From assembly GCA_013360215.1 (NCBI GenBank), contig JABWCP010000004.1:1-64000 (forward strand): a stretch of 64,000 nucleotides of DNA, given 5' to 3'. A model generated the notes under the pieces. The model did not search any database and was not told the DNA's origin. It saw only the letters and a program-made list of their open reading frames with translations. The translations under genes were made by a program, and so were the position numbers. Positions 59,149-64,000 of the stretch are shown in pieces. Origin of the DNA: a bacterium. Lineage in GTDB: Bacteria; CLD3; SB21. How positions within the stretch are numbered: the stretch's first letter is position 1; each line of letters opens with the position of its first letter.

Positions 59149-59733
59149 ATGCGTTTATTGGTTGTAGCAATAGTTTTCAATTTTACTTCCGTTTATAGTC
59201 AGGACATAACTCTCGGTTGGACGAAAGCAAATACAGCCAATGGCTCGGAGTTTAAAAAATACGAATCACAAACTTCTAGTTTTTTTCTTAAATATCGTAA
59301 GCCCTTTACCGAAGATATTACTTGGGGCTTGGGCTTAGAAGTATTAGAGTTTCGAAAACCCGCTGTCCCTGAAAGGCTTGTCAAAATGAAAGGCTTATTT
59401 GGAGAAATTGGATATTTTTTTCGTCAAATACCTGGTTTAACTTTACTTGGTTCTACGTCTGTCGGAATAATGCAATGCGAATATGAATTTATTGATCCAC
59501 CCTCCGAGTTAAAAGGTTCCAAGGGAATAGGTATTTCTCTTGAACCATCCGTGTCGTTTTTATTTCCACTCACGAAAAAACTGACTTTTACTCCTTCTAT
59601 TGGATATTTAATGGTGTTTGATCAGATGGGTTTTAAGTCAACAGACTCTAAACAACCCGTTGGAAAATTGGATTCTCATATGTTCGCTACGACCTATCGA
59701 CTTGCCTTGTCTTGGCGCTTACGGAAAGAATAA
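59149..59733 (+). CDS. Hypothetical outer-membrane beta-barrel (OmpA/OmpW-like) protein
   Basis: Signal peptide; amphipathic strands; C-terminal YRLALSWRL. Confidence 0.55.
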   Translation: MRLLVVAIVFNFTSVYSQDITLGWTKANTANGSEFKKYESQTSSFFLKYRKPFTEDITWGLGLEVLEFRKPAVPERLVKMKGLFGEIGYFFRQIPGLTLLGSTSVGIMQCEYEFIDPPSELKGSKGIGISLEPSVSFLFPLTKKLTFTPSIGYLMVFDQMGFKSTDSKQPVGKLDSHMFATTYRLALSWRLRKE

Positions 59734-59737
59734 CACA

Positions 59738-60718
59738 ATGATTTTTAAAAAAAATACATACTCGAATGATGAAGTAAACATACAACGAATCAGCCCGGGT
59801 ATTGATTTGTTTAAGGAAATAAATCGGCTGCGCAAAGATTTGAATGCCGTTATCCTTGCTCATTATTATCAGGAATCAGAAATTCAGGATTTGGCAGACT
59901 TTGTCGGTGATAGTTTAGAATTAGCAAGGCAAGCCGCCAAAACGAAAGCGGATGTAATCGTTTTTGCCGGTGTGCATTTTATGGCCGAGACCGCTAAAAT
60001 TCTCAATCCGGAAAAATTAGTTTTACTGCCCGATCTTAAAGCCGGATGTTCATTAGCCGACAGTTGCCCGGCGGATGAATTCAAAAAATTTCGTGAAGCG
60101 CATCCCGATCATTTTGCCATTACTTACATCAATTGCACGGCCGAAGTCAAAGCATTAAGCGATCTGATTTGTACATCCAGCAATGCCGAACGGCTTATCG
60201 CTCAGATTCCCGAATCTACGCCCATCTTATTTTCACCGGATAAAAACCTCGGCGCTTATATACGTAAGAAAACAGGCCGCCCCATGATTTTGTGGCAAGG
60301 CTCATGTATGGTACATGAGATTTTTTCTGAAAAGAAATTAGTACAACTGCAAGCAACACATCCCGAAGCTAAGATTATTGCACATCCAGAATGTGAAGAG
60401 ACCGTACTGAATATGGCGGATTTTATCGGATCCACAAGCGGGCTTCTCAAATTTGTCCAGCAATCACCGGATCGTACATTTATCGTCGCGACGGAGGCGG
60501 GTATTATTCATCAAATGGAAAAAGCTTGCCCGGACAAAACATTTATCGCAGCGCCGCCCAATAATAACTGTGCTTGCAACGAATGCCCGCATATGAAACT
60601 GAATACTTTAGAGAAACTATATCTCTGCATGAAAAATAAAACTCCGGAAATTACACTTCCGGAGGACGTACGCACGCGCGCATTAAAGCCGATTTTGCGA
60701 ATGCTTGAAATGAGTTAA
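59738..60718 (+). CDS. nadA: Quinolinate synthase A
   Basis: [46 protein letters not shown]. Confidence 0.97.
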   Translation: MIFKKNTYSNDEVNIQRISPGIDLFKEINRLRKDLNAVILAHYYQESEIQDLADFVGDSLELARQAAKTKADVIVFAGVHFMAETAKILNPEKLVLLPDLKAGCSLADSCPADEFKKFREAHPDHFAITYINCTAEVKALSDLICTSSNAERLIAQIPESTPILFSPDKNLGAYIRKKTGRPMILWQGSCMVHEIFSEKKLVQLQATHPEAKIIAHPECEETVLNMADFIGSTSGLLKFVQQSPDRTFIVATEAGIIHQMEKACPDKTFIAAPPNNNCACNECPHMKLNTLEKLYLCMKNKTPEITLPEDVRTRALKPILRMLEMS

Positions 60719-60748
60719 CTTGTTCCAATAACTCATTGTCATAAACGT

Positions 60749-62122
60749 TTATTTTTTACTGAGCCTTTTTTTTAAAACATTAATATTCTTTTGTATAACA
60801 TCCGCATCGCGTTGCCCGGGATCAAGCGCAAGTGTTTGCTCCAGATGATGTATCGCCTTTTTGACCTGCTTTTTATCGTTCATATATACGATCCCTAAAC
60901 TGCGATGGGTCTTTGCGTTGTTTGGATTCAAAGCCAGTGATTTTTCAAACAGCCGTTGTGCTTCTTTATGTTGTTTTTTCCCTTTAAGCAGAATACCCAA
61001 ATTGAGATATGCATCGTATAAATTAGAATCCAACGCAATCGCTTTGCGATAATGCGTTTCGGCTTTGACGTAATCCAAGTTGTCATCATACCCGACAGCG
61101 CATCCGTAGTGCACTAACGCACGGAGCGAGTCTATCTTTAACGCTGATTCATAAGCTGCCAGCGCTTCGGGCGCTTTTCCTTTTTCGCTCAATACTACAC
61201 CTAAGTTAACCCACGCATCTACATATTTCGAATTTAGTTCTAAGGCTCTGCGATATTGTAATACGGCAACATCCCACTCTTTGCGCGCCTGATAAACATT
61301 TCCTAAATTAAAAACAGCATCGGCATTTTCGGGCTGAAATTCGATTGCACGATTATAACCGGTGATAGCCGAAGGCCAATCGTTATTTCGATAGGCCATA
61401 TTACCTGCTCGAAGATACGCCGCTGATATATTTTTTTCCGATTTTAGTGAATTACTATAATCCAAACGGCGGGCTTTTTCGAAAAACAAAATCGCATCGG
61501 AATCGTTATTTTTTTCATAAGCCGAAACGCCTAAACTATAATAACCAAGAGCTTCCCATTTTTGAACATAGAGCGCATACTCTTCGTGATCGCTTGCGAT
61601 CGTCCGCAATCTTTCATGTCCCTGCAACACACCGTTTGGGCTCAAAAGATTTTTTTCAGTATGATTGATTCGTTGGAATAAATATTCAACCGCACGGTAC
61701 ATGGTTTTATAGAAATCCGTGTAGTTTTTAATCGGTCCATAGATTCGCTCTTGTGCGACGTTTACATTGCCGTTATCGCCCAAAAGCTCAAACTCCATTT
61801 CGATGGAGTCGCTTCGCATACAATATTTTCCTCGCACAACGAGGTCTTTTTTATCATCAGCTATGAGGTCTAATTTCTCTGAATGTTTATCATCCGATAT
61901 AATGCTTTCGTTTTCTAACGTATTAAATATTGCATCTTGTGAAATTACCGTCAATTCACCGGTGGCACTCAATACATCTGAAAGCATATAGCTTAGATAA
62001 TAAGCTGGTTTATTATCCGAGTTACATGTCGAAGTAAACGGGAGCACTGCAATTTTTTTATTTTGTGCTGTGAGAGTGTATGTGGATATAAAAAACACCG
62101 TTACAAAAATAAACCGTTTCAT
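60749..62122 (-). CDS. Exported TPR protein with N-terminal TolB-N/CsgG-like domain
   Basis: Signal peptide; KIAVLPF motif; 6-7 TPRs. Confidence 0.8.
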   Translation of the reverse strand: MKRFIFVTVFFISTYTLTAQNKKIAVLPFTSTCNSDNKPAYYLSYMLSDVLSATGELTVISQDAIFNTLENESIISDDKHSEKLDLIADDKKDLVVRGKYCMRSDSIEMEFELLGDNGNVNVAQERIYGPIKNYTDFYKTMYRAVEYLFQRINHTEKNLLSPNGVLQGHERLRTIASDHEEYALYVQKWEALGYYSLGVSAYEKNNDSDAILFFEKARRLDYSNSLKSEKNISAAYLRAGNMAYRNNDWPSAITGYNRAIEFQPENADAVFNLGNVYQARKEWDVAVLQYRRALELNSKYVDAWVNLGVVLSEKGKAPEALAAYESALKIDSLRALVHYGCAVGYDDNLDYVKAETHYRKAIALDSNLYDAYLNLGILLKGKKQHKEAQRLFEKSLALNPNNAKTHRSLGIVYMNDKKQVKKAIHHLEQTLALDPGQRDADVIQKNINVLKKRLSKK

Positions 62123-62125
62123 TCT

Positions 62126-63658
62126 TTAAGATCTCCATTTACGACCGTCTTTATTCAATAACTTATCCGCCGCTTCCGGTCCCCAAGAACCCGCAGCATA
62201 ATTTGGAAACTCCGCTTTATTGTTTTTCCAATGTTCTAAAACCGGCATTACGAGCCACCACGCTACCTCGACCATATCTTTACGCATAAAAAGCGTTGCG
62301 TCGCCGCGCATACAGTCGAGAATCAATCTTTGATAGGCTTCGGCAATTTCCACCTGAAACGCTTCTTTATAATTAAAATGCATATCTACCGACTGGAGCT
62401 GCATTTCCGGACCCGGTACTTTGGCTTCAAAACTCATCGTAATACTTTCATCCGGCTGGATTTGTATCACCAGTACATTGGGCGCCACATCATCGGCCGC
62501 CGTCTGAGTAAACATCATATGCGGTGTTCGTTTAAAAAAGATCGCTATCTCCGAATCACGTCGAGGCATTCTTTTTCCAGTCCGCAAATAAAACGGTACG
62601 CCCGCCCAGCGCCAATTATCCACATAAAATTTTGCTGCAACATAGGTTTCGGTATTTGATTGAGGATCCACTTTGGGCTCGGTGCGATAGCCGGGAACCG
62701 GTTTGCCATTGATCTGTCCGGCTCCGTATTGCCCGCGCACAAAATAATCATTCACCTGATCAGGTTTTACGGGGCGAATGGCGCGCATGACTTTGACGCG
62801 CTCGTCACGTACAGCATTAGCATCAAATGTAGTAGGTGGCTCCATCGCAACGAGCGCCATGACTTGAAGCACATGATTTTGTATCATATCTCTCAAAGCG
62901 CCGGCATTGTCATAATAACCGCCCCGATCTTCGACTCCCAAAGCTTCCGCCGCTGTTATTTGTATATGGTCTATATAATTGCGATTCCACAAAGGTTCAA
63001 AAATCCCGTTCGCAAAACGAAACGCCAATACGTTTTGAACGGTCTCTTTTCCGAGGTAGTGATCTATACGATAGACCTGCCATTCTTCGAAAGCTTTAGC
63101 CACTTCCGCATTGAGTGCACGCGCCGATTCGAGATCACGGCCAAATGGTTTTTCGATAATAATGCGTCGCCAGTAATTACCTCCGCGCACCTGTGACATA
63201 TTGTGTTCAGCCAACTTCTGACATATCGTAGCAAATACCGTAGGCGGCGTCGCGAGATAATAGATACGGTTATCATTACAGGCACGCGTCGCGCAGTTGT
63301 TTTTGATCAGCGAATCCATAGTTTGATACAATGCATTCTCATCAAAACCTCCGCCGACATAAAAGGAGTTTTGAACAAATTCATTCACGATTTTCGGATA
63401 TACGGCATCGGATTTGGCAAATTCACGCAATGCAGCGCTTACCATTTCGCGATATGCTTCGCTGCTCATCTCCGGTTTGCCGCATCCTATTACTGTGAAT
63501 TTCTCAGGAAGCAAACCTTCTTTGGCACTATTAAAAAGCGCCGGTAAAATTTTACGTCGCGCCAGATCACCGGAACCGCCGAAGATAATCACCGAACATG
63601 TGCCGGCACGCGCATCGGATTTGACCTGCCGCAAAGCTTCTGTGACGTGAGCTGCCAT
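62126..63658 (-). CDS. zwf: Glucose-6-phosphate 1-dehydrogenase
   Basis: IFGGSGDLARRK, IEKPFG, YRIDHYLGKE, RWAGVPFYLRTGK. Confidence 0.98.
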   Translation of the reverse strand: MAAHVTEALRQVKSDARAGTCSVIIFGGSGDLARRKILPALFNSAKEGLLPEKFTVIGCGKPEMSSEAYREMVSAALREFAKSDAVYPKIVNEFVQNSFYVGGGFDENALYQTMDSLIKNNCATRACNDNRIYYLATPPTVFATICQKLAEHNMSQVRGGNYWRRIIIEKPFGRDLESARALNAEVAKAFEEWQVYRIDHYLGKETVQNVLAFRFANGIFEPLWNRNYIDHIQITAAEALGVEDRGGYYDNAGALRDMIQNHVLQVMALVAMEPPTTFDANAVRDERVKVMRAIRPVKPDQVNDYFVRGQYGAGQINGKPVPGYRTEPKVDPQSNTETYVAAKFYVDNWRWAGVPFYLRTGKRMPRRDSEIAIFFKRTPHMMFTQTAADDVAPNVLVIQIQPDESITMSFEAKVPGPEMQLQSVDMHFNYKEAFQVEIAEAYQRLILDCMRGDATLFMRKDMVEVAWWLVMPVLEHWKNNKAEFPNYAAGSWGPEAADKLLNKDGRKWRS

Positions 63659-63725
63659 GAAGAGCCTCCAGATAAAAGTTATACTGTTATTTTAAATCAA
63701 TATGATTACAAATAATCATCCGTTT

Positions 63726-64000
63726 TTAAGCACAACGGAGTGTGATCACGGTGATTTCGGGTGGAGAACCGATACGCATTGGCGGGCCCCAATAACCGGT
63801 TCCGCGATTGACATACACCCACATATTTTCATGCCGATGCAGTCCTTTCAAATACGGTTGTGCCATCGCCGCCAATAGATTACCCGGAAAAAATTGTCCG
63901 CCGTGTGTGTGTCCTGACAGCTGCAAATCAAAACCCGCTGCCGATGCTGCCGGCGCACTTTTAGGTTGATGCGCAAGCAATATTCGCGAATAATCTGATG
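63726..64000 (-). CDS. C-terminal part of a metallophosphoesterase (YkuE-like); runs off the right edge of the window
   Basis: [31 protein letters not shown]. Confidence 0.88.
   Translation of the reverse strand, partial: SDYSRILLAHQPKSAPAASAAGFDLQLSGHTHGGQFFPGNLLAAMAQPYLKGLHRHENMWVYVNRGTGYWGPPMRIGSPPEITVITLRCA

Overview
Bacterial chromosome segment, probably FCB superphylum: it has an NYPNPFNPST-type C-terminal sorting domain, a TonB-dependent receptor and outer-membrane barrels. A housekeeping backbone (lptG-like, rnr, htpG, aroB, murJ, xseA, nadA, zwf, PPi-type pfk) is interrupted by several accessory modules. (1) At 16.4-24.5 kb, a tightly packed operon encodes a membrane-anchored ferredoxin/FAD-NAD(P)H oxidoreductase, two His-rich heme-b-like membrane proteins, three multiheme cytochromes c (10, 20 and 9 CxxCH motifs), a TPR protein and a predicted outer-membrane beta-barrel. 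It is a candidate cytoplasm-to-surface electron conduit. (2) Two diverged copies of a 95-aa GIY-YIG nuclease gene are each bracketed by the same pair of TGTC-tagged REP-like palindromes. The palindromes show compensatory changes and nested insertions, and a third doublet brackets a caspase-FISUMP cargo gene frameshifted by an 8-bp repeat. This is a candidate REPtron-like mobile system built on a GIY-YIG nuclease. (3) An integrase-less AT-rich island lies between 87-bp direct repeats. (4) An orphan mosaic Rhs toxin/immunity pair has an IS30 on one side and a hairpin-dense non-coding tract on the other. (5) A TonB receptor/lipoprotein pair carries 11-bp-periodic operator boxes. (6) A DUF2946-like Cys-rich leader sits upstream of a tiny exported Cys-rich peptide. 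No rRNA, tRNA or CRISPR array was seen. All functional calls come from reading motifs by eye, without database searches.
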